Assembly (NCBI GenBank): GCA_049999805.1
Contig: JBNGIO010005679.1
Span: forward strand, 1 to 64,000
From: Folioceros fuciformis
Taxonomy: Eukaryota
Length of the DNA stretch: 64,000 nt
Direction: 5' to 3'
Position numbers and translations under genes: made by a program
Part shown: positions 50,970-63,275 of the stretch, piece after piece
Layout of the letters: the number at the start of each line of letters is the position of its first letter
How positions within the stretch are numbered: position 1 is the first letter of the stretch
Notes under the pieces: generated by a model
Told to the model about the DNA's origin: nothing
What the model saw: only the letters and a program-made list of their open reading frames with translations
Databases searched by the model: none

Positions 50970-53900
50970 ATGTCCAGATTCGATTACGATGATAGTGACG
51001 ATAGTGACATCAATCGCCACTCCTCTTCCAGTTCAGAAGAAGGTGAAGTCGACCAAGCTGCATATTTTGCATCCTTCTTTTGGTCGAACCCTCCAGTAGT
51101 TCCCATCATCCTTGCTGCACAGTCACACACAAACATGTCAAACCCGTCATTTACATCAGACTTGAAAGAGAAAGATCGGTTTAACGGTAGTAAGTACCCT
51201 GTGTGGAGAGTGCGTATCAAGGCCATCCTTATAGCACGAGGTGTCTGGAATGTGGTCAGCAGTTCATTTGTAGAACCTGACTCAGCCACAGGCACTCAAG
51301 CTGATAAGGATAGGTGGGAAGCACATAACCAAGTTGTTGTAGCAGTCTTGGTCAATGGATTGGACTCCATACTTGTCCCTAACATAGAGTATCTCACAAA
51401 GGGCATAGAGATATGGAACCAGTTAGAAAAGACCTATCAGGTCACGAATATAATGCAACAATGCGCTGTTAGGCAAGAGTATCATACGTTAAGAATGAAA
51501 GAGGGAGAGAAAGTGGGTCCTTACTGTACTAAGTTCCACCACTTATGTGCTCAGCTCGCTTCATTGAAGTACAAGATTGCTGAGGAACATGCTGTTGTGC
51601 AGCTGCTGAGCAGCCTGCCTGCATCCCTTCAGCAATTTGTCAGCTCGTATAATGGGCCTTTGTGTACAGCACAGGCTGCTGTAGCCGCCGAGAACGCAAG
51701 CACCCTCACAGTTGAAGATGTGGTGGCTGCCTTGCATCAGGAGGAGCACAGTCGCCTGTTTTCTACCGGTAGCTCTAAGCCAAAGGCAGATAAAGTGTTG
51801 ATGGCCAGGTTTAAACCTAACGGGCAGAAGGGTAAGCCTAACCAGGCGAACAAACGTGATTCCGGATCATCCAGCTCAACTCCTAAGAAGACAGGCAACA
51901 GGAACTGGTGTGGTATACCCGGCCACCACGGCCAGAGACTGCCGTAAAAAGAAGGCGGGGGAACCCCAGAAGAAGGCATCCACCAGTGTTGCTGTTAAGG
52001 ACAAGAGCTCAAACGACTCTTCCTCATCTGCAGAGAACGTCAAAGGAACAGTCAGAATCTACACAATATGTCTCTCAAACTCCTTCCATGATAAGGACAA
52101 TTGGTACTTGGATTCAGGTGCAACTGCCCACATATGCAAGGACAAGGACTTGTTCTCGTACCTGGACAAGACAAGACAAGACAAGACTGACCTGATACTG
52201 GAAGATGTTTTGTATGTCCCACGAATGGCGAAGAACCTCATGTCCTTGAGCAGGCTAATGAGTCTAAAACTGTACAGCATGTTAGCAGACAGAACTTCCT
52301 GTTCGTTCCACACTATCTCTGTCCCGCACAAGCTAGTGTTCAAAGGCCTTCCTGACTGTGATCTGTACCGTTTGGACATTCACTGTAGGTCTCAACCTGC
52401 AGGTCTGTCAACAGGCACAGGTTAGCTAGATTCACAAGTGTTAGCTTCTCTTTGGCATGCCAGGCTTGGTCATGCCAAAAGGGCAAAGCTCATTGACATG
52501 GCTGGAAAGGACTGTTATCGAGAACCCTTCCCTAGATGCTTCAAGGACCTTCCGATTTGTGAAGCCTGTATACTTGCTAAGCAGAAGGAACAGCCATTCT
52601 CAAGCACACTTGCACATAGGGCCAGTCATGTGTTAGAACTCATACATGCTGACATATCTGGGAAAATTCACGAGCCATCACTTGGAGGTTCTCGGTATTA
52701 CCTTGCCCTTACTGACGATTATAGTCGATACTCGTGGACCTTCCCCATGCAGCTAAAAAGTGATACTTTCCAGCTGTTCAGAGACTGGCTTCCTGTGGTG
52801 CAGCGACACACTGGACAGGTTGTTAAATGGCTTCGAACTGACAATGGCACTGAATTCATCAATGCACAGTTTGATGCCTTTCTGCAGGAGTATGGGATTC
52901 AGCGTCAGCTGACAATTCCCTACACACCACAACATAATGGAGTTGCCGAATGTAAAAATCAAACCTTACTCGGCATGACTCGCAGCATGTTACTTTGGGC
53001 AGGACTCCCACAAGGATACTGGGCAGAGGCAGTGGTGGCTGCCACCTATATACTGAACAGGATGTTTACAAGTTTTGTCAAAGGGCAGACCCCCTATGAG
53101 GTACTCTGGAAATGTAAGCCCAACATTCTTCATCTCCGAGTCTTCGGCTCTCGGGCTTTCGCCTATATCCCTGCCAAAAAGAGGAGGAAGTTAGACAATC
53201 GGGCACAAGGTCTTATTTTCGTAGGATACAGCGAGAATGTCAAAGCTTACAAACTTTATGACAAGCATAGACATACCATTGTTCTGGCAAGGAGTGTCAC
53301 CTTCTTGGAACCACATGCACCTATGGGTGAGCCACTACCTTCAGAGGGAGTAACTCCAGCTCCAGATGGAGTGACTGTAGCTTCAGAGGAGGTAGAAGAC
53401 TCAGCAGATCTGGATGAGTCAGATCCAGCACTTGACCCTCCTGTGGACTATCCCCAAGATGACGCTGGCCCTGTTGATGATGCTCTACCAGCACCTGACC
53501 ATGTTCTACCTGTACCAGAACGACCTGATGTGTTAGTACAGGATTCTGTGGAGCAGGATGTTTTTTCAGAACATGAACAATTCGGTTTTGATCACGTTGA
53601 TTACCAGCATGAAGATCTGTTTGATGAAAATGCCTCCTAGGATCCTCCTACACATGAGGAGCACGTTCCAGATGTTGATGAGCTGCCTGTACAGGAGCCT
53701 CGACGCTCCACACGAATGAAACCAGCCAGGTCAAAGTGGATAGAACCACCATATCAATCCATCGATTTCAGGCACTCCACTTCAACAGCAACAGTCCTTT
53801 TACCAGATGAGCCCAAGACCTTATCACAGGCGTTCAATGGTCCAGAAGCTGCACAATGGCGTGTGGCAATTGAAGACGAATATCAGTCGTTGATCAAAAA

Positions 53901-54897
53901 CAAAACCTGGACTCTAGTTGACTTGCCACATGGTAGGAAGCCCATCTCAAGTAAGTGGGTATTTAAATTAAAGCTGAATGCCAAGGGTGAGGTTGCCGGA
54001 TTCAAAGCCAGACTTGTGGCGAGAGGTTTCACACAAGTCGAGGGACTCGACTATCAGGAAACTTTCTCACCTGTTGTGAGGGCTCAGTCCATCCGGATGA
54101 TCCTTGCACTTGCCACAGAGTACCACTTAGACCTCCAGCAGATGGACGTGTGCACGGCCTTCTTGTATGGAGACTTGGACGAGGATCTGTATATGCAGCA
54201 ACCTGAGGCATACGTGGATCAGAAGCACCCACACAAGGTGTTAAAACTCATGAAATGTATATATGGTTTAAAACAGTCTGGTAGGGTGTGGTACATTACG
54301 ATTCACATCTACCTTCTTAGCATCAACTTTGTGCAGAGCACGGCTGACACAAACGTGTATCGGCTTACCAAAGGGGCAGAGTACGTGGTCCTGGCACTAT
54401 ATGTAGACGACGTGATTCTAGCCACCAACAGCCAGCCATTGTTGTTAGAAGTGAAAGGCTTGCTAAGCAAAAAGTTTGAAATGAAGGACATAGAAGCCCT
54501 CAGATTTTGCTTAGGGATCCAGATCATTCGTAATAGACCTGAGAAGCTTATGGTCATACACCAGCTCAAATACATTAACGAGATACTGCAAAGGTTCAAG
54601 TTAGAGGAATGCCGACCTGCTACAACACCAGCAGCAGTAGGAGTCAAGCTCACAACCCTGATGTGCCCTCAGACTGCCCAGGAGAAACAAGATATGGTAG
54701 GAGTTCCTTATAGGCACACTGTGGGAAGCCTTATCTTTGTGGCAAATTGGACGAGACCTGATGTACAATACGCTGTAAGCAGAGTCTCCCAATTCCTGGA
54801 AAATCCAGGGAAGGCACACTGGATTGCAGTAAAACGGATATTTAGATACCTCAAGGGCACCATGTATCATGGGCTGGTATACAAAAGCAGCAGGTAG
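50970..54897 (+). mobile_element. Ty1/copia gag-protease-integrase-RT, degenerate (frameshift in zinc knuckle, in-frame TAG stops, truncated before RNase H)
   Basis: Gag FNGSKYPVWRVRIKAIL...LLSSLPAS; broken knuckle NWCGIPGH/TARDC; protease WYLDSGATAH; integrase LWHARLGH..C..C, IHADI, LRTDNGTEF, PQHNGVAE; RT FKARLVARGFTQ, QMDVCTAFL, IYGLKQS, LYVDD, KRIFRYLKGT. Confidence 0.96.
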
Positions 54898-56206
54898 GAT
54901 AGACTTATCAAAACAAAAAATCACTCCAACACACACCTTAGCAGGGAGTTCCTAGTCATCCTATTTGGATAGTAAGGGGGATAAATATATGGCTTTCTCG
55001 CCTATGAGAGTATTTGTTGACCTTACTTATTTTGCATATACGATTAAGACCCCAGCCATATAAGATTAAGAATAATGTGTTCACACATGGTATCTCACCC
55101 ACCATATAGGATTAAGAATAACATGTTAGCAAATAGTGTCTCATGTTGGATCAGTAGCAACCATATAGGCAAGACTTGATCTTCTTGCTACTCGATTTGG
55201 TTACATAATGTATTATTCAGTTAATATTGGTTGTCTTAATTTTGGGTTTGAAACACATGTTTAAGACTATCTAGATGAATTAGATATTTATTAATAAATA
55301 ATTATATTACATATATCAAGAAAGAGTTAGAATTAATTAAATGCAATTGAATTACAGTAAGTGAATTGGAAGAATGCTGGTTAGTGTGGGACATTGATGT
55401 AGCTATACAGTGGCACTTGCTCCATAGACATGATGGAGTCGGTTTCAAACTCTACATAGGAGACGTGTCTTGAACCAAGCAATTGGGGTGCAACGTGTGA
55501 CTTGGGCATAAATGGGCTTGGGTGATAAATAGGATGCCAGTTCGAAGTGAGGTTGTGGTTGTTCACTCCTTGATGTGTGGTGTGCTATGGCAGAGAGGTA
55601 GATGCGTAGTTGGATTGAGCGTAGAAGGCAGCTGCTAGTGCTTTTTATTTTCACCGCACTTGAGAGAATATGAAGTTTTTAGACATTATGGGTGTTATCA
55701 CTTTGCAAACGGAACTACAAGAGTAGAGGTGGCATGGTCTGGATGTTGAAGACCAATCGTGTAGAGTAGTTGATGCAGAAGGATAATGCATGACAACAAT
55801 ATAAAGAGGAAATATCGCTAAGTGGCTACTTTGCCTTTATATATTTCAATGGACAGGTTAATTATTAAGACTTAATAAAATTTTGCACCTAGGTTTGTAA
55901 GGTGCAACTGGAATGGATTTATGGAAGGCATTGGTTTTATATATATCTTGGATTAATTAGGGAGTGTTATGACAACTTGTTGCGCACTAAAGAGGAATTC
56001 GCTCGTGCTTCACTAGTCTTCTCAAATAAAGTGCGAGGATGGACCCTCGCTGATGGATTGTCCGCAATATTTGGTAGGAATATAGAAAGTCGAACGAAGA
56101 GAGCAATAACATCAACATTATGGACAAGACAAGGCATTGAAGAAGAGCTTCGACTCACCACCTTGCTGAAGGGGTAGAAGGACCGCTTGAAGCGAGAATA
56201 CAAAGC

Positions 56207-56333
56207 AAAACTAAGAATGGGTGGTGAACTCATCACATCAAAGAGCCCAAAACTAAGAATAGGTGGTGATCCCATCGCATCAAAGAGCCCAAATCTAAGA
56301 ATGGGTGGTGAACCCATCACATCAAAGAGCCCA
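56207..56333. repeat. 42-bp tandem repeat, 3 copies
   Basis: aaaactaagaatgggtggtgaacccatcacatcaaagagccc unit. Confidence 0.9.
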
Positions 56334-56403
56334 AGCATTTAGAGGATCTCTCTCTTGTATAGTTACTGACTTTAGGCAGATATATCTATCCATCTATAGA
56401 AGG

Positions 56404-56658
56404 TGTTGGCTAATGAAGAATACATGACATCAATTAATGAAGGGCAAGTAGCTTCTTTGACTTCATGGTGGGTAGGCCCTTTCATATTCGTAACCATGAA
56501 GTTCTTGGAACCATGGTTAATGTCAATGATATGTTGGCTAATGAAGAATACATGACATCAATTAATGAAGGGCAAGTAGCTTTTTTGACTTCATGGTGGG
56601 TAGGCCCTTTCATATTCTTAACCATGAAGTTCTTGGAACCATGGTTAATGTCAATGAT
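56404..56658. repeat. ~128-bp near-perfect tandem duplication
   Basis: tgttggctaatgaagaatacatgacatc...catggttaatgtcaatgat occurs twice with a few substitutions. Confidence 0.92.
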
Positions 56659-57419
56659 GGTAATCATAGGCTAGCCTCCTCGATGAAGTGCCCTTCATTG
56701 AGTTGTCCCGTTTTCTTTTAAGGATAGATGAGTTTCATCTCTCCTTTTGTAAGAAAGTCTCCAGATTTTTTTTTTCCCCAAACAAGACTTAGCATGCATG
56801 ATTTTTGGCAATTGCATGTTTAAATCCTCATTCCTATATTATGGAGTGCCCCATTTGGATGTTAGGTCTGCTTGAGATCACTGATAAAATCTTGATAATT
56901 ATAATAAGTGAAAATAATAATCTCATTCATAATTAAAGATACTAATAATAATAATATATTTACCCTAACGATATAGGTAGACCGAGTCCTATATGTACTG
57001 CACAGTTGTTTTGGCCCATCATGACGGACAGCGGGTGAGGACTGCGCCTTCCCTTTCGGAATGTGTTGTAGGTGGTACCGAGACCACTGTCATTTCTGAT
57101 GGAATACATTCCGTACATTGATAAAGAGGGTGAAATCGGGTTCCGGAAGTCTTTGTCGTTTACTTTGTGAACGGCCCCTGCCAACGCTGTCTTTTTGTGT
57201 CTGCACTGTTCCACCGCAACCACTAGACTAGGCGCTTTCTACCCACCAGGGATGTCGGCCAGTTTCGCGACAGAAGTGCCATCTGTTCTTTTCCCCAATC
57301 CTCTGGGTCACGGGTGTGTTTCTGGCACAGAGGTGCCATCTCACGCTCGACAGAGATGTCGGTGGACAGCCTCGAACCAGTCCTTGAGTTCAAAAATCCC
57401 GTCTCCTCCTTCATCCGGG

Positions 57420-58030
57420 TGTGCACGATGCGGAGCCATTGCACCCTAATGGCTTAAATAACGTCACTGGTGGGCACCTTGTTGGTGAACATGTACGCGA
57501 GATGTGGTGAGCTTGAAGATGCCCAGGTCCGCCAGGGTTTGGACAGCTTGGCCACAGAATGTTGTGCACGACATGGAATGTTCTCACGGCTGGTCATGTT
57601 GGGTTTGCCTAGCATAAGGGGGGCAAGGTATGACATGAAACGAGTTCGATTCTACATGCATCTGCAGGGGCAATGGGCTGGCTAAGTTTGTGTGCAAAGC
57701 TTGCGTGCGCGGTGGACGGGAAGCCTGGTTCTTCAAAGCTGGCACATGCTGCTGCTGTGTTGCTTGTCTTGACGGTGAGAGTCATGTCAGCTCATGGTTA
57801 GGCAACGCTGATGCTGAGAAGAGGGGAGGTCCTTGTCAATCAGTTTGGTGGTGAGGCATCATCTGTCTCACTAGTTTTTGCGGGACCGGGCCTGATTGTG
57901 TAGAGCTGGCGCATGCTGCTACTGTGTTCCTTGTCCCGAAAGTGAGAAACACCTATCAGCTCGTGGTCACGCCGATGTCGAGCTGCGTTGATGCTGACAG
58001 AAGCGATACCCTTTTCAACCAGTTTACTGG
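57420..58030 (+). pseudogene. Degraded PLS-class PPR gene remnant
   Basis: VGTLLVNMYARCGELEDAQ at ~57470; VCKAC and KLAHA fragments; diverged internal duplication agctggc(a/g)catgctgct(g/a)ctgtgtt at ~57737 and ~57904; frames broken. Confidence 0.55.
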
Positions 58031-60505
58031 CTCTTCACAGCAGAGGAGGGACAATCGGCAGATTTCAGTCAGTCCAGAAGCAGCACGACTCAGACCGGTA
58101 GCTGACATAAATGTGTGTACGTTTGAAGTCAGCACCGTGATCGGCCAAGCTCTGGTTTTCCTGAAAATGAAATACAACCCAGATGATGTCCAAGTCGTTC
58201 AGGTCGAATTGATTTGGGCTGGTGGACTCCTCCAAGGGGTTGGTTAGTTACTGACAACATTTCTCAGTAGTGCAGGAATGATTTTCCTCCAGTGGTGAGT
58301 ACGATATTGCCCAAAGATTGGCGGGATGGAAAAGATGAAGCGAGGTGATGTCACTTATTTGAGCACCCAATGCTTTTCCCTATGGTCATTGTATGTACAG
58401 AGTTGGGATTTTAGCATATAGACCACGATGGTTGTGGGGCTTTGGAGCCGGGCTTTTGCCAATGTTTGCTCACCACGAAATACCGTGCAGAAAATTTGGG
58501 TACTGTTGGTGGTGCTTGCCGTGGATGTTTGGCTGTAGTTAGTAGCACTCGTGTTTTGAGTAGCTGCGAATATGGTCGTCTTGCTTCACCAGAATGCAGG
58601 GTTGGGTAAAGGAGAGGGAAGGTCTAGCAAGCCGCCAATTTGGCTTGATCGGCAGCGATGACATGAAGATATTATGCTGTTGTGCGTGCATCTTCTTTCC
58701 GATTCCAGTACTGTGCCAGGACGTGGGGGGCATGCGGACCAGCATGTCCATGCCATCCGCATCGGAAGGTGAGACGGCAGTTTTGAGTCGGTCCCAATTG
58801 CAAGAGTTCACGAGCCGAGCGACTTTCAAGAAACGGTCCAGTCCAATCCGGAGCCGTTACCATGGTTACGTGTCCTGAGGCGCAGAAAGTTCGCTGTTCG
58901 GGAATCCCGAAGTGATTGAGGGAAGGTCACGAGACGGAGTCCAGGTTCTTGCACCGTCCCGAACCCTGAGCCGAATATGCAGTGGCAGCGTCCCGCGCAG
59001 AAGTAGGTGTTAGGAACCCGAAACTAAGATGTCCATGATTCCAGCTTGCTCGATTGACATCAAGAGGCATGAATGAAGCCGTGAATCCCTCTGGACCTGC
59101 AGGAAAAGCCTTCCCGTGCCGGGCCGGATCGGTTGCATGACTGTCAGTCAATCAGGTGAAGGTGATGAAGCGGGCAACACGAAACGCCTGGCAATGCGTG
59201 CCAACTCGTAGCGAACTTGTTTCGAAATTTGTGACTGTCCCATGCACGCAGAGCCGTATGTGCCAAGTGGCGATTCCCCGAGTCCCAGGCTGCAAATGCA
59301 GCGAAGAGCCGAGCGCGCAGTCCCCATGTGCAGCGTTACGGAACTATCACTTTCCTTCAAGCCTGTTGCAACATAACACATGCACGTATGTACATTGCAG
59401 GCAAGGAAGGGACGCATTCGGGTGGGTGGCCGGGTGTTATCAGCGGTCCTATACTGCGCTTGCATCTGCTGTGCGTGAAAGAGATGCTCTGGGACTGTAC
59501 TCCTTCGCAACCTGGCCGGCTATGGCCTTGGGTTTGCAATGCGCCGAGCTCACAACTGGCAACAACAAGAAGACGAAGAAAACACTACTGTTCAGCTGTG
59601 CTAAAGCCTAAAGGACACAATCAATCAGGCTCTGTCACGCAGTTGCAACCTTGGAGAGGAGCAGATCGGAGGACGACAGTGCCACCCGTTCCCGCCTCTG
59701 CGATCGCTGTGAGTCTGCGACAGATGCAAAAGGAGAAGAAGCGTGGCTTGTTCCCGCCCGGCATTGCGCTTAGGTTGCAGTGCAAGGTTCCCGCGGATAG
59801 TTGGAGGAGGTGTTACCCGGCCCCGGCGGCGGACAGGACAACGCATGAGTTGGGCCCGCGCAGATTAGTAGCTCATTTATTAAAGCATTAAATGGTGGGG
59901 GTGGCAGGCCTTCCCCGGGCGACCCCGCCTGGTAGGTAAACCAAGCGGTTTCCGCCATCCCCGTGGAGAGATGCGAGGAAGCGTCCAGCCCGTGGGCATC
60001 GGCGTTGGCGGAGGCCACCGCAAGACGCCACGACAGGGCAGAGAGCAGGGAGCAGGGGCAGAGGCAGGGAGCAGGGCAGGGCAGGGCAGGGCATGGCATC
60101 CCGTACCGGCGCGGGTACTTCCGCGTACGGCCCCTAATTCCGCACCACCGACGTCAGTCGCGGGCATGGAAGGTGCCCCAGGTGCCATGTGCATCTCGTC
60201 CGGGCGGCACTCGGGGCTGGGAGTCATCAGGGACGGCACGGGAAGGCAAGAACAACCACAGGCCTCCTCCGGATACCACCGGGGGCTATGGCACTGCTTC
60301 CCTGCTGAGTCGCTGGCAAAGCACGCCGCTCGCCCTTGGCTCGCAATGGAGCTGGGGCAGGCACCATCGCTTTCATCGCTCCCTTTAAGGCGACCGCGGC
60401 CCAGCCAGGCTACGCTGTGTTCATGTTCGTCTCAGAGTCTCGGCCTTCCTTCAGCTCCTCGCCGGCCCCTGCTCTCTCTCTTTGTACGTGCTTCCTGTTG
60501 TAGCC

Positions 60506-62251
60506 ATGGCTGCCCAGCAGCAGCAGCTGCAGGAGCAGGAGCAGGCGCATTCCGTTTGTGTGCCTGCGGGGTCGCTGGAGACGACGACGCCGCACACCGT
60601 CGTGGGCGATGGATCCGTAGTTGACGGCAAGAGCGATTGCAAGGCCCCGGAGCCCAGCCACGGGAGGCTGCTTCCTTTGGGGAAGTTCCTCATCGTGTAC
60701 GGCTGCATGTCTACCGGGACGCTGCTGGGCGCGCTGGATCAGACGGTGGTGGCGACCATCCTGCCCCAAATCTCCACTGACTTCGGTGCGGCGCGGGACA
60801 TTTCCTGGGTGGGCACGGCCTTTCTCCTCACCTCCACCTCCTTCCAGCCCATCTTCGGATCCCTCTGCGACGTCCTTGGCCGGAAGCCCGCCTTCCTGCT
60901 CTCCATGCTGCTCTTCGCGGTGGGCACGCTGGCGTGCGGGGTGGCGCCCGGCATCATCGCCCTGGTGCTGGCGCGGGCGGTGGCGGGACTCGGCGCGGGC
61001 GGCCTCATGACCACCGTGTTTTTTTTCATCTCGGACGTGGTGGTACTACGGCACCGGGGGAAGTACCAGGGCATCCTTCAGGCTGTGAACGGTTTCGGAA
61101 GCTTGCTCGGCCCGCTCGCCGGGGGGATCTTCGTCAAGACCCTCAGCTGGAGATGGGCCTTCTACTTCCAGGTGCCCATCGCCGGGGTTGCCTTCGTCGC
61201 CTCCCTCTTCTTCCTGCCCAACACCGGCAAGCCCACGGGGTCCCTGCGCGAGCGATTCAGGACGCTGGACTACACCGGGATGCTGCTCCTGGTATCCGGC
61301 ACCTGCGTCTTCATGACGGGCATCACGTACGGCGGATCGACCTACCCCTGGCATCACCCCATCATCATCTCCCTGCTGGTGGCCGGCCCCCTGATCATCC
61401 TCGTCTTCGTGTACAACGAGTCCCGTGCCACCGTGCCCATCATCCCCGGCAGCATCTTCAGCATCGCCGCCGTCGACCTCATCTTCTGCGCCAACTTCCT
61501 CTTCGGCCTCGTCTTCTTCTGCTCGCTCTACTACCTCCCGCTCTACTTCCAGGTGGTGTTCCGTCAGGACGCTCTGCAGTCCGGCATCTCGCTCGTCCCG
61601 CTCACCGTCACCTGCATCTTCTTCTCCTGGTGCAGCGGCCTCATGACCTCCCTCACGGGGAACTACAAGGTGTCGCTCGTCGTGGGCTACACGCTCATGC
61701 TGGTGGCATCCGGGCTCATCTTCACGCTCGACAAGCACACGTCCTACAGGCTCGTCATAGTCTACATGTTCATCATGGGGTGCGGGATGGGCTGCCAGCT
61801 GCAGAACTCCCTGGTGGCTGCCCAGTCTGCCGTGCGGAAGAAGGACGTGGCTCGCACCACCGCCGTGCGCAATTTCTTCAGGAACTTCGGGGGCGTGTTC
61901 GGGCTGGGGATCTCGTCCGCCATCCTCAACACCACTCTCAAAGGCGGCATCAACGGCATTCTGGGCCCCATCCTACCCGATGTCACCACGGATCAGATTA
62001 TCGTCTCGCCCCTCGACCTGTGCCTTTTGGGCTTGATCGACGAGCACGAAGACATCGCCGTCGACGTCTACGTCAAGGCCCTCAGGCTCGTCTTCCTGGT
62101 GTGGATCCCGGCTTCCGCGGTCTGCTTCGTCTGCGGCTGCGTCGTCCCGTCCTACGATCTGGACCGCGCCGACGACGGCGAGCCCCGACGAAAACCGTAC
62201 CTCTGCTCGCCGCCCAGGCATCCGGCCGTCGCGGCAGAACCCAAGCTTTAG
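60506..62251 (+). CDS. MFS drug:H+ antiporter-2 (DHA2, 14-TMS) family transporter, intronless CDS
   Basis: LGALDQTVVATILPQISTDF, SWVGTAFLLTST, motif A-like GSLCDVLGRK, ARAVAGLGAGG, RGKYQG, motif C GSLLGPLAGG, WRWAFY, YYLPLYFQVV, FFRNFGG; many hydrophobic segments; codons end overwhelmingly in C/G. Confidence 0.92.
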   Translation: MAAQQQQLQEQEQAHSVCVPAGSLETTTPHTVVGDGSVVDGKSDCKAPEPSHGRLLPLGKFLIVYGCMSTGTLLGALDQTVVATILPQISTDFGAARDISWVGTAFLLTSTSFQPIFGSLCDVLGRKPAFLLSMLLFAVGTLACGVAPGIIALVLARAVAGLGAGGLMTTVFFFISDVVVLRHRGKYQGILQAVNGFGSLLGPLAGGIFVKTLSWRWAFYFQVPIAGVAFVASLFFLPNTGKPTGSLRERFRTLDYTGMLLLVSGTCVFMTGITYGGSTYPWHHPIIISLLVAGPLIILVFVYNESRATVPIIPGSIFSIAAVDLIFCANFLFGLVFFCSLYYLPLYFQVVFRQDALQSGISLVPLTVTCIFFSWCSGLMTSLTGNYKVSLVVGYTLMLVASGLIFTLDKHTSYRLVIVYMFIMGCGMGCQLQNSLVAAQSAVRKKDVARTTAVRNFFRNFGGVFGLGISSAILNTTLKGGINGILGPILPDVTTDQIIVSPLDLCLLGLIDEHEDIAVDVYVKALRLVFLVWIPASAVCFVCGCVVPSYDLDRADDGEPRRKPYLCSPPRHPAVAAEPKL

Positions 62252-63275
62252 TTTCGTTACTTAGCCTAGCCCATTTTTTTTGGCTGCTCTGTTACGCCGG
62301 CCTGGCTTCATTTCCGTTTGAGACATACCCGGCTTTTCATTCAGAGCTCGGAGTCCTCTACTCCACACTTCCAGGCGCAGTCTAGCTCCTCTGCTCTTCA
62401 GACCTTCTTGTGAATTACTCTTCTCTATCAAGGTATGAGGCTTGCCTAGGCAGCAGTGCTCTTATACATTTTGCCACTTGCACATGGCATGAGCTCTGTA
62501 ACGGAATACATGCTACCAGGGTCTCTCTCTCGCTGTAGTTCAACTGCATTTTCACAGTGGGAGTCCAGGGCTATGATGCTTGCCAGACCAGCAATCAACA
62601 CACCCACGCATGCAAGGCCCACCTGGTACACGAAATTACAAGCTCCGCACTGAGCAAAGAGGCACATAGTCGTTCGTTGCTGAATGCGTTAGTACAGGAC
62701 AACATAGCCCACCATCTACAAACATGAAGCGGAGCCATGCTATTAAAATTGGCATCGCTATTACAGAAGCAAAGCCTCTATAACAGGCTGTCCAAGACCA
62801 GTTCCTGCTAAGGACACCTGCTCTTCACATACATAGTCTACAACACTTCAATCTCACCACACAAATTCCATCTTCAGACCGTCTCGCGATTGTTTGATGA
62901 TACTCCGCCGCACGGACCCCAGTGTCTTATTGCTTTGTATCAGACACACATGTGTGCATCGACTTCCTGTTGTAGTGATGTATAGGGAGAGGGCTAGCTG
63001 TTGCACGGAGCCATGGCTCTCTGGATCACGTACCAACTGACTCTCACGAAAGGCAGGGCAGAACCCAGTTGGTGGGTGCAACATACTGTACATACATCTG
63101 CAAGGAATGGCGGCCTCTGCACGACGATGTCCTTCTGGGGACAGAGGTGCGGGGGTGGCCGGAAACATCAATGTCAGGACATGTGTCAGTTGGCGTGAAT
63201 TTTTAAGCACAGACCGCATCAGGAGGATTTGTGCCTGACCAGTCGTCTTTGCGAAGAAATTAGCGGCCTTCGTGG

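Noticed and set aside
55902-56338. 91-aa and 123-aa ORFs in the AT-rich block
   Set aside because: No recognisable domain; the longer one is driven by the 42-bp repeat
60934-62385. 483-aa alternative-frame ORF and antisense ORFs overlapping the MFS gene
   Set aside because: Expected shadow ORFs of a CDS with very high third-position GC; low-complexity Arg/His/Pro content
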